NCBI GenBank assembly: GCA_030037705.1
Contig: JASHQE010000087.1
Location: 11,540-75,539 of the forward strand
Source of the DNA: Acidobacteriaceae bacterium
GTDB lineage: Bacteria; Acidobacteriota; Terriglobia; Terriglobales; Acidobacteriaceae
Length of the DNA: 64,000 nt
Direction of reading: 5' to 3'
Part shown: piece by piece, positions 36,501 through 44,681 of the stretch
Layout of the letters: each line of letters starts with the position of its first letter
Position numbering within the stretch: position 1 is the stretch's first letter
The notes under the pieces: model-generated
What the model saw: only the letters and a program-made list of their open reading frames with translations
Told to the model about the DNA's origin: nothing
The model's database searches: none
Translations under genes and position numbers: made by a program

Positions 36501-37553
36501 CCGAATGATTGGTCAATTTCGCTGAACTACACCGGGGGCGGCGGTCTCTCTGCAGCCAGCACGGTCGCCTCGTTTGCAATCGATGCAAGCGGCGATCTCT
36601 GGATTACCGATACCACCGCCGGCAGTGTCATCGAGTGGAATGCGGTCGGCGCAGCGCTTTCCCCATCCACAGGCTTTGCCGCTGGCGGTGGGCCGATTGC
36701 GATGGATGCGAACGGTAATGTCTGGATCTCCGGCAACGGCGTCCTCACCGAGCTGACCAATCTGGGTGCGCTTGCGCCGGGAAGCCCATTCGGCGGTGTG
36801 GCTGGAGGCGGCAGCGACATGGCCATCGATGCGCAAGGCAATTTTTGGATTGCCAATGGCGGAGGCGTAAGCGAGTTCAGTAGCTTCGGCGCTGAGCTTT
36901 CGCCGGCTGGCGGATTTACCTATAGCGACATCAGCAGCATAGATGCAGTGGTCGTCGATAGCTCGAACAACGTCTGGGTGGGAGATCACGCCGCTAACAA
37001 CACTGCCTCTGTCGCTGAGTTGACCGATCCCGGCGGCCAGTTTGTTACGGGAGTGGGCATCACGAATGGCCCGGTTCTGGCGCAGATGGCCGCGGATCAT
37101 GCAGGGCATGTGTGGGTAAACGATGGAAATGAAGTCTGCCAGGTTCCGCCATACGGGGGAGAAGGAACGACCCTTATTCCAACATGCTGGGCGGAAGAGA
37201 ATAATGCCGGCCAATCAGGATCATATCTTAACTTCTACAACGGCGGAGGAGTTGCGCTGGATGGGGCCGGCACGGCCTGGATCGCGAGCCAGGGTGGAGG
37301 GTCGCTATCGCTTTCGCCCGGTGTGTTGCCTATTATTCCCAGCGCTCTGAACAGTGGGGGAATTAGTTCTCCGGCACTTCTTATTTCTTCCAGCCTTACC
37401 GCAGGCCCGCTGCGTATTGCCGTGGATGGTTCCGGCAATGTATGGGTTCTGCTCGCCAATAACACCGTTACCGAATATGTCAGCGCAGCTACGCCAGCGG
37501 TGACTCCTGTCGCTCTGGCCGTGAAGAGCAACAAACTGGGATCGGAACCATGA
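33579..37553 (+). CDS. large surface lipoprotein: 6 Cys-pair Ig-like repeats plus NHL-like propeller module
   Basis: Lipobox IAGC; repeated GV.W...C..CG...YTAP...VTITA units; C-terminal half paralogous to the 26650 protein. Start uncertain. Confidence 0.85.
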   Translation: MRRIDRGSDWGSDRESDRGLPLSLPPAGRNSLRLNRCEGRFLFCVLCLGLLVAAIAGCGSTVGSQTKADAISITNANGVTEQVTTLALASSVNLSMTPQDDRASAGVDWTVTCAGNPVTGSTTNGACGTLAAAHTIDGGTNTYTAPSVVPINAAITITATVTSDPSQSSSVSLTIVGLPIGVRLGSLTTNSPEVDTTLSVSATVSNDPTYAGVIFTATCGLSACGSFNPVTPPLTLAAQTSFSSAYTAPAEIPTGGAVTITATSLADTTKSASATLTITTPPQPVPVTVSVLPANIYVETTGSARIVSLTAIVGNDTAAAGVDWSVSCSASNCGSITPHTASGAAATYVGPTTVPSSGTVTITAASTTNPAVSATSTADIVTTAPIAVTMSSAPPTTITAGSEAALTATVTGDANNLGVNWTASCGSAGACGSFNPPSAHTASGGQIVYTAPTTVPTGSVVTITASSPAATPANPAIAVITILAPSPSVTLTQAPPAKMTALTQAQVSATVKNDVSPGGVTWSVHCGNTVPGGCGWVLPSQTASGVAATYTAPPAATTGTSVTITATSVADTNSSASSSAIAITPSTTLSVNFISSLPSQVETNATVNLTAAVANDRTNAGIDWQVCASGCGFFTVKPAIPAIPATATTPYIPAVPAVTATTVSAWPNGLSIPYTAPSQSPSSGVVAVAASAHANSAAANSGTIAISTGPTGPALNGVVQAGSQPVAGASVGLYAAGTSGYASASSQIATATTDKNGSFTVPAGYTCPAASSQVYLVATGGSVGTNTANPNLALMTALGSCSNLSSSSVVVNEVTTIGSVYATAPFAANDALTGNSSYFYLGTSSGNLSGLANAFAAVNNLVNISTGQANFVTPVGNAATPYVEINTLADMLNACTATSGGAEGDGSACGILFAATDLLGTGTYNGSIAPSDTLQAAFNIAQHPVSNYGYFLGKTQPLVLPASSSPFQPVLPALPNDWSISLNYTGGGGLSAASTVASFAIDASGDLWITDTTAGSVIEWNAVGAALSPSTGFAAGGGPIAMDANGNVWISGNGVLTELTNLGALAPGSPFGGVAGGGSDMAIDAQGNFWIANGGGVSEFSSFGAELSPAGGFTYSDISSIDAVVVDSSNNVWVGDHAANNTASVAELTDPGGQFVTGVGITNGPVLAQMAADHAGHVWVNDGNEVCQVPPYGGEGTTLIPTCWAEENNAGQSGSYLNFYNGGGVALDGAGTAWIASQGGGSLSLSPGVLPIIPSALNSGGISSPALLISSSLTAGPLRIAVDGSGNVWVLLANNTVTEYVSAATPAVTPVALAVKSNKLGSEP
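33591..33638 (+). repeat. four imperfect 12-bp tandem repeats (consensus GATCGRGGATCG)
   Basis: GATCGAGGATCG GATTGGGGATCG GATCGAGAATCG GATCGGGGATTG. Confidence 0.85.
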
Positions 37554-37624
37554 GATGCCTATCGAGACCGCCGCGCGCCAATACGCTTCAATGCTTCGAT
37601 CAAAAGAAAGGGACGGAGATTCCG

Positions 37625-38434
37625 GTGCATAGAGCAAAGAGAATTGCAGCCTCGTCGTTGTTTCCTTTGGCCTGTTGCATCTGGACCGCTTTGCTGTCGG
37701 CTGGACTGATGTCGATCACCGGTTGCACTTCCGGCAGCTCTGTGTCGAACATTCAGGTTGGCTCGATTACCTTTACCAACGTCAATGGAACTCCTGTAAC
37801 GACGCCTCCGCAGTCGCTCACCGTGGGGCAGGGAACTTATGTCGACGTGACCTTGACCAACGATCCGCAACTGCTGGGCGCCAACTGGAGTGTTTATTGC
37901 GGCAGTGCGCTGCCTCCGGGAACTCCACCCCCACCGGGAGAGACGGAGGATGAGTCGTGCGGCACATTCACGCCGGGACACACGATGAGTGGTCCGATAC
38001 CAAGCTATCTGACCAGCGCAGCGGGCTATGTAACCTTCTACACGGCTCCTGCCGCTACGCCGAAGAACGGCATTGTCACACTCTATGCGGTTTCTACCAG
38101 CAATCCGGCCAAGTTTTCGAGCGTGACACTCACCATCGGCGGTCTCCCGATTGCAGTCGGTTTAGCGCCGGCGCCTCCATCAACCATGCAGGCAGGCGCC
38201 AGCGCGCAAATCCGGGCCGTGCTGAATAACGACACGACAGACGCCGGTGTAAATTGGACCGTTCTTTGCGCATCGACTGCCTGCGGTTCCTTCGATCCTG
38301 TACAGACCACAAGCGGCGAAGCGACAACATACACCGCTCCTGCCACCGTGCCAGTGGGAGGCACGGTCCAGGTTACGGCCACATCGATGGCGGACCCGAC
38401 AAAGGCCGCGAGCGCCACGATCTCGATTCAATAG
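37625..38434 (+). CDS. lipoprotein with 2 Cys-pair Ig-like repeats
   Basis: Lipobox ITGC; same repeat as in the upstream gene. GTG37625 has a GGAG RBS (the ORF is open from 37550). Confidence 0.8.
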   Translation: MHRAKRIAASSLFPLACCIWTALLSAGLMSITGCTSGSSVSNIQVGSITFTNVNGTPVTTPPQSLTVGQGTYVDVTLTNDPQLLGANWSVYCGSALPPGTPPPPGETEDESCGTFTPGHTMSGPIPSYLTSAAGYVTFYTAPAATPKNGIVTLYAVSTSNPAKFSSVTLTIGGLPIAVGLAPAPPSTMQAGASAQIRAVLNNDTTDAGVNWTVLCASTACGSFDPVQTTSGEATTYTAPATVPVGGTVQVTATSMADPTKAASATISIQ

Positions 38435-38482
38435 CAATCGTACGGTACGCCTAATCGACGAGATGGATTCAAAGGAGAATCG

Positions 38483-40420
38483 ATGTTCGCTCTTAAGACA
38501 ACATTGGCCGGTGCGCTTCTTGCAATATGCGTGGGCCTGCAGGCTCAGAACCAGACGGCTGCATCCTCATCGGTGCACGGCGCAGCAAAAAACAGCAAAA
38601 CAAGGGCGAAGACGCAGGAGCAGATTCTCCTGGAGCAACTCAGCGATAAGTTTCAAAAGCTGGATGATCTGAGCCGGAAGTATGAAGACTTGCAGCAGAA
38701 ATATGACGATCTCGAAAAGCGGATGACTGCTCGCGACGCTGAATTGGAAGAAGCGCATAAGAGCGCAGCCGCGGCGCAAGCCGATGCCGCCGATGCGAAA
38801 CAGAAGCTTGAGGCAGAGCAGCAGGTCATGGGTCCGAATGCCGCGGCGGTGACCACACTGCAGAGTGAGGTTGCCAGCCTCAGGTCGTCATCGAGCGATC
38901 TTTCATCAAGGGTGGAGACCACAGAGCAGGAAGCCAGGAAACTTGAAAACCCCAGTGCAATTCATTTCATGGGCGTGAATCTGATACCGGGCGGCTTCAT
39001 AGCGGCTGAAACGGTCGACCGGCAGCGCGCAATCGGTGGTGATGTCAACACGCAATTTTCCGGCATTCCGTTCACAGGCCAGACCGCGAATGAACTGTCG
39101 GAGTTCAACGCAAGCGGACGTCAGTCGCGCATTTCGCTTCTGAGTGAAGGAAAAATGCCCGCTGCCGTGTTGCGCGCTTACTTCGAAAGCGATTTTCTTT
39201 CGGCTGGCACCACTTCGAACGACAATCAGAGCAACAGTTACACTCTGCGGTTGCGCCAGGCCTGGGCACAGGCCGTTCTCAACAACCGATGGACGCTGAC
39301 CGGCGGGCAGATGTGGTCGCTGGCCACCGAGTACCGGCACGGCCTCGACAACAACTCCGAAGCCATTCCGTTGACCATCGATGCGCAATACAATGTCGGC
39401 TTCACCTGGGAACGGCAGTATGGATTCCGCGCCGTCAAGGCGATCGGGAACAGGCTATGGATCGCAGGGGCTGTTGAAGAATCGCAGACGCTCAATATCG
39501 GCGGCCATAATCTTCCTACGATTGCCTACCAGCAAGCCGGCAATGCGGGCGGGCTTTACAACCCGACCGCGAACTACAGCTATAACTATGCGCCCGATCT
39601 GATTGCCAAGGCCGCTTTCGAAACGGGCTGGGGGCACTTCGAGGTCTTTGGAGTGGGCCGATTCTTTCGCGACCGGGTCTTTCCCAACGGCCCAGCCCCG
39701 TCCGGCGCATCTCAGCCCACGACAACGTCTGCAGCCGGCGCCTTCACGTCGAAGACTGCCGGTGGAGGGGCTGGCGTGAATGCGCGCGTATCGCTTTTGG
39801 CCAGGAGCATCGACCTTGGTGCGCACGTGCTGGCCGGCAATGGCATAGGCCGCTACAGCACCACGCTATTGCCGGATGCAACTGCGCATCCAGACGGCTC
39901 GCTGGAACTGCTCGTTGGCGGTTCTGCGCTCGGTTCGCTCGAGTGGCACGCCACTCCTCGTTTTGACCTGTATTCGTATTACGGCGGCGAATATGCGAAG
40001 CGCGCCTGGTACAACACAGGCTATACCAACACCACAGCCGGTCCAACGTACGGGGAGCCGATCCTGAGCGGTTACGGAGCTCCAACCAATATTGTCTCCG
40101 GCTGCGAGGTCGAGGTATTGCCGGTGACTTCTCCTAACGGAGGCGGCAATGTGCCTGGGAGCGCGTCCAATTGCAACGCGGATACGCGCAACTTTCAGGA
40201 AGGAACCGTGGGCTACTGGTTTCGCTTTTACAGAGGAGTTCACGGAGCCCTGCAGCAGGGCATTCAGTACTCCTACGCCGAGCGCCGCACATGGACAGGG
40301 ATTGGTGACCCCGCGGCCGGCTTAACGAATTCTCCCAAGGCGATCGACAACATGTGGTTCACATCTTTCCGCTACTACCTGCCGCAACCGCGACCCAGCA
40401 CAGAAAGTGACGCAAAGTGA
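38483..40420 (+). CDS. outer-membrane porin-like beta-barrel with N-terminal coiled coil (DcaP-like architecture)
   Basis: Signal peptide, heptad-rich region, RQSRISL, YFESDF, LRLRQAWA and GQMWSL; near-terminal FTSFRYYLP. Confidence 0.75.
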   Translation: MFALKTTLAGALLAICVGLQAQNQTAASSSVHGAAKNSKTRAKTQEQILLEQLSDKFQKLDDLSRKYEDLQQKYDDLEKRMTARDAELEEAHKSAAAAQADAADAKQKLEAEQQVMGPNAAAVTTLQSEVASLRSSSSDLSSRVETTEQEARKLENPSAIHFMGVNLIPGGFIAAETVDRQRAIGGDVNTQFSGIPFTGQTANELSEFNASGRQSRISLLSEGKMPAAVLRAYFESDFLSAGTTSNDNQSNSYTLRLRQAWAQAVLNNRWTLTGGQMWSLATEYRHGLDNNSEAIPLTIDAQYNVGFTWERQYGFRAVKAIGNRLWIAGAVEESQTLNIGGHNLPTIAYQQAGNAGGLYNPTANYSYNYAPDLIAKAAFETGWGHFEVFGVGRFFRDRVFPNGPAPSGASQPTTTSAAGAFTSKTAGGGAGVNARVSLLARSIDLGAHVLAGNGIGRYSTTLLPDATAHPDGSLELLVGGSALGSLEWHATPRFDLYSYYGGEYAKRAWYNTGYTNTTAGPTYGEPILSGYGAPTNIVSGCEVEVLPVTSPNGGGNVPGSASNCNADTRNFQEGTVGYWFRFYRGVHGALQQGIQYSYAERRTWTGIGDPAAGLTNSPKAIDNMWFTSFRYYLPQPRPSTESDAK

Positions 40421-40437
40421 ACGCGCACTGAACCAGC

Positions 40438-43400
40438 ATGAGGAGCCCTCGGAAGATGTTTCGATCGTTTTTACGCCTGCTGCTCGCGATCTCGGTGATT
40501 TCACTGCAAGGCGTCCTGCCTCTTGCGGGCCAGGGAGGCTCTGGGCGCATTTCCGGTCAAGTGACCGACCCGGATGGAGCGGTAATTCCCGGAGCAAGCA
40601 TCCAGGTTGTTAATCAGGATACTTTGGTGCGGCGTGAAGCGAAGTCCGATGCGACCGGCCAATACATCGTACCCGGCCTTCCTCCAGGACGTTATCAAAT
40701 TATCGTGGAGGCGGAACGATTCAGCCGCAGGTCGAGCGATGTCTTCACACTGGCGGCCGGGCAGTCCTTCGTTTTCAATGCACAGATTGAGGTCACCGCG
40801 GCCAGTCAGGAAGTCAACGTGAGTGCGGGTGCGCCGACGACGGTTGAAACCAGCACTGGAACCATCTCCACTACATTGAACAGTCAGGAAGTTGTGGGTT
40901 ATGGACTCAATGGCCGGAATTTCCTGTCGCTTACTGCCCTGGCGCCCGGCGTGAGCAATCAGACGGGTCAGGATGAGGCCAAGGTCGGCGTGGCGGGAAG
41001 CGCGAAGTTCAGCGTCAATGGCGGCCGCGTTGAATACAACACCTTCGAGGTGGATGGCAGCGATGTGCTCAACACCAGCATCAACACCAGCCGCGGGCAG
41101 GGGGAACCGCTGGTTGTTTATCCGAGCATCGACGCAATTCAAGATATGAAGATGATTACCGCCGATTACAGCGCTTTATATGGAAAGAGCGCCTCGGGAA
41201 GCATACTGATCACGACGAAATCGGGTACGGATCAATTCCACGGCGACGTATATGGATTTCTCCGCAACGAGATGTTCAATGCGCGGAATTATTTCGACCA
41301 GCCGAACCCGGTTCCGCCGGGTTATCAGGGCAGACTGACGTACCGTACTCCGCTCTATCGCAGGCTCGATGCAGGAGCCACGCTCGGCGGACCATTTTTC
41401 ATTCCGCATTTCTACAATGGCAACAGGCAGAGGACCTTTTTCTTTTTCTCCGAAGAAGTCCGCCGCGAAAAGACTCCAGTCGATTACAACCAGGCTGTGC
41501 CGACGGTGGCTGAGCGGTCGGGAGACTTTTCCGATGTATGTCCAACGCTGACTCCAACCAGCGGCAGTAGTCCCACCTTCAGCCCCACAGCTTACCCTGA
41601 TTGTCCGCAGGGAAGCAGCAATGGTCTCAGCCAAGGTGTTGTTCTTCCGCCTTACGTCGGCAATACGGTGCCTGTGGATTACATCAGCCAGGCGATTCTT
41701 GATTCCGGAATTATCCCGCCACCCAACTCTTCGAGCGGCTGCAACTCCACCAGCCCCTCGCCATTGGCCCACTGCTATGTCGGCTCGGTCTCGCCGCCGA
41801 CGGACTGGCGGGAAGAGCTATTCCGCATCGATCATAATCTTACCGATCATGAGCGTCTTTCCTTTCGCTACGTCCACGACTCCTGGAACACGGTAACGCT
41901 TGTCCCGCAGTGGGGTGTGGTGCATAACAGCTTTCCAACGGTCGAGAACCAGCTCAATGGGCCGGGCCTCGATATGGTTTTCATCCTGGCGCAGGCGTTG
42001 CCGCACGGTTTCAGCAATCTGATCTCCGCCGGTTATGAAGTGGAGCATATCTCGCTGGCTCCGCAGCCGGGTCCGGGCGTTTCATCGCTCAGCAGGCCGG
42101 CGGTACTGAGCAATCCGGCGTCACAAGGCGGAGCTCCTGTTGCAGGGACGGCTCTTTGCTCCACGTTTGAGACTCTCTCGCACGCATATCTGCCTTCGTC
42201 GATCACAGAGTGCCCCATGGGCTACATCTTCAGCAACGGCTACGGCGGCAACAAACTGCCGGGGGTGGTCTTTCAGGGAAACAACGGCGCCTACGGAGGG
42301 CACGGCTTCGCCGCCGATACCGGCTATGCACCGTGGAACCAGGACAACCCGACTTTTACCGTGCGCGATGACGCCAGCAAGATCGTAGGAAAGCATTTTT
42401 TGCAGTGGGGCTTTTGGGGCGTCTTCGTCGAACAGAATGAGCTGAGCGCGGTCACCGGAGCCAACTCCGGGGATCTGCAAGGACTGCTTACTTTCAGCAA
42501 TCAGCAATCGATTTATACGACGGGCAATGCGTTCGCGGATTTTCTGTCTGGCACGGGGACCGTGCCGAACAGTGTTACCGAGTCCAATTTGTCGCTGCCC
42601 GGCGCGATCAAAAGCTATACGCAGGACAGCGGGCAGGTCAAATATTACGATCGCTACAAGACCGCCGATCTATATCTCCAGGATGACTGGCGGGCGCTCT
42701 CGCACCTGACCATCAATCTGGGTTTTCGCGCGAACCTCTTTGGCGCATGGTACAACCCGAACGGCACAGCCTATAACTGGCGGCCCGAAGTTTTTGACCC
42801 ATCCGTGGGCGCATCCATATATATAGATCCCAATGAAGGGAACCTTGTCCAGAAATCAACTGGCGCTGCGATCCCGCTCAGCCGCACCGGCCCCTATAGT
42901 CTCACCACACTCAATTCCGCCATCACGAATGGATTAGAGCAGTGCGGCGTCAACGGCATACCGAATTCTTGCATGACGAACACAGTTTTCCATCCTTCGC
43001 CGCGCGTGGGTTTCTCCTGGGACCCATTCGGAGATGGAAAAACCGCGATCCGCGGAGGATATGGTTTCTTCTGGGAGCACGGAACCGGTTACGAAGCCAA
43101 TGCCGGTTCGCTCATCGGCAGCGCACCTCTGGTGCTGAGCGAAACGCAATCGAATATCGAAGGCGCATCCTCAAGTTCTCCCACGATCGCGCCGGCCTAC
43201 GACGCTTACAACTTGATCGGCCTCTCCTGCCAGGGAGGGGCTATGCAGTGCGGGGGCCGGTCCGTTCCATCGGGAGGCGCCACCTTTCCCCTCAACGTAA
43301 CCTCTATTCCCAAGAAGACGGTTTACTCCTACACGCAGCAGTGGAGCCTGGGCATACAACGCGAAGTGCACCCCGGAATGGTGGGGCAAATTACCTATGT

Positions 43401-44664
43401 GGGCGCCAAGGGCACACACCTGACGGCGGTGAGCGATGTGAATCAATTGCAGCCGCTCAGCAATAGCCTCAATCCCTTTGCGCAGGGACAGCCAATTACT
43501 TACAGTGTCTGTGAGAGCGGGGGACTGTCGAACTACTTTTCCACGGCGGGACTGAACGGTACGGCTATCGGCACCGGAACTACCATCCCCAGCTCCCCAG
43601 GCATCGGTCCGAACGATCCTGGTTATGTCAACATCTTCGTCGCCTGCACCGGCAACTCTGGATTTCTGAATCAGCATGGCACGAAAATTGGTCTAAGTCC
43701 CGATGCCGTGCGGCCCTATCTCGGCTTCAGCAACATTATCTCCGTTCAAAATATCGCCGACTCGGAGTACAACGCGTTACAAGCCACGCTCCGCGAGACC
43801 ACCGGCCCGCTCATCCTCGGCATCGCCTATACGTACAGTCACTCGCTCGATGATTCCTCTGACCGGGCCAGCGCGAACTTTGCCAACTCGCTCGACATTC
43901 ACTCCAACCACGCCAGTTCAGACTTCGATGAGCGGCATCTGCTCAATGTTAGCTATATCTACGACCTCCCTTTCCTGCGGCTGCTCAACGGCTTCACCCA
44001 TTTGGTCGGGAGCGGCGGCGACGATGCAGTTTCCGATCCCGCCGCCATCAAGCCTGAAGGATTTGGCCCGATCACCAAGACGCTGCTCGGGCAATGGCAG
44101 ATCACTGGCATCACCACCTACGCAACCGGGACGCCCTTTAGCGTGATCAATGGCGGCGGCTCCGACGGCACAGGCTCGGCGGACAATGCCGGCGTGGGCG
44201 ATGGCCTTGGAATCGGCTCCTATCCCGATGTCATCAGCAAGACGCACTCAGGCACGCCCTTTGTTCAGCAAGGCCCAAATAGTGTCGGTCCGCTGCTGCT
44301 CAATCCCGGAGCCTTCGCCGCGCCACGCGGCCTGACCTTCGGCGACGCGGGCCGCAACTATCTGAACAATCCCTCGCGCATCAACTTCAACATCTCGCTC
44401 TTCAAGCATTTCAAGCCAGCCCATGAGCGCCTCGATGTCGAGTTCCGCGCCGAAGCCTTCAACGTTTTCAATCACACCCAGTTCCGCATCACCGATCCTG
44501 CCAATCCCGGTAACACCGGCAACAACGTCATCAACTGCTATGGCAGCCAGACCGAACTGTACTCCGCCGGAGCGTCGGGCTGCCTGACCGGGAACTCCTT
44601 CCTGCATCCGGTCGACGCGCACGATCCGCGCATTCTGCAGTTCGCCCTCAAGGGCAGCTTTTGA
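40438..44664 (+). CDS. TonB-dependent receptor, Oar-like
   Basis: ISGQVTDPDGAVIPGA; LNGRNFLSL; TKSGTDQFHG; PRVGFSWD; FRAEAFNVFNHTQF; C-terminal RILQFALKGSF. Confidence 0.92.
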   Translation: MRSPRKMFRSFLRLLLAISVISLQGVLPLAGQGGSGRISGQVTDPDGAVIPGASIQVVNQDTLVRREAKSDATGQYIVPGLPPGRYQIIVEAERFSRRSSDVFTLAAGQSFVFNAQIEVTAASQEVNVSAGAPTTVETSTGTISTTLNSQEVVGYGLNGRNFLSLTALAPGVSNQTGQDEAKVGVAGSAKFSVNGGRVEYNTFEVDGSDVLNTSINTSRGQGEPLVVYPSIDAIQDMKMITADYSALYGKSASGSILITTKSGTDQFHGDVYGFLRNEMFNARNYFDQPNPVPPGYQGRLTYRTPLYRRLDAGATLGGPFFIPHFYNGNRQRTFFFFSEEVRREKTPVDYNQAVPTVAERSGDFSDVCPTLTPTSGSSPTFSPTAYPDCPQGSSNGLSQGVVLPPYVGNTVPVDYISQAILDSGIIPPPNSSSGCNSTSPSPLAHCYVGSVSPPTDWREELFRIDHNLTDHERLSFRYVHDSWNTVTLVPQWGVVHNSFPTVENQLNGPGLDMVFILAQALPHGFSNLISAGYEVEHISLAPQPGPGVSSLSRPAVLSNPASQGGAPVAGTALCSTFETLSHAYLPSSITECPMGYIFSNGYGGNKLPGVVFQGNNGAYGGHGFAADTGYAPWNQDNPTFTVRDDASKIVGKHFLQWGFWGVFVEQNELSAVTGANSGDLQGLLTFSNQQSIYTTGNAFADFLSGTGTVPNSVTESNLSLPGAIKSYTQDSGQVKYYDRYKTADLYLQDDWRALSHLTINLGFRANLFGAWYNPNGTAYNWRPEVFDPSVGASIYIDPNEGNLVQKSTGAAIPLSRTGPYSLTTLNSAITNGLEQCGVNGIPNSCMTNTVFHPSPRVGFSWDPFGDGKTAIRGGYGFFWEHGTGYEANAGSLIGSAPLVLSETQSNIEGASSSSPTIAPAYDAYNLIGLSCQGGAMQCGGRSVPSGGATFPLNVTSIPKKTVYSYTQQWSLGIQREVHPGMVGQITYVGAKGTHLTAVSDVNQLQPLSNSLNPFAQGQPITYSVCESGGLSNYFSTAGLNGTAIGTGTTIPSSPGIGPNDPGYVNIFVACTGNSGFLNQHGTKIGLSPDAVRPYLGFSNIISVQNIADSEYNALQATLRETTGPLILGIAYTYSHSLDDSSDRASANFANSLDIHSNHASSDFDERHLLNVSYIYDLPFLRLLNGFTHLVGSGGDDAVSDPAAIKPEGFGPITKTLLGQWQITGITTYATGTPFSVINGGGSDGTGSADNAGVGDGLGIGSYPDVISKTHSGTPFVQQGPNSVGPLLLNPGAFAAPRGLTFGDAGRNYLNNPSRINFNISLFKHFKPAHERLDVEFRAEAFNVFNHTQFRITDPANPGNTGNNVINCYGSQTELYSAGASGCLTGNSFLHPVDAHDPRILQFALKGSF

Positions 44665-44681
44665 AGAGGAAGAGAGGCTTT

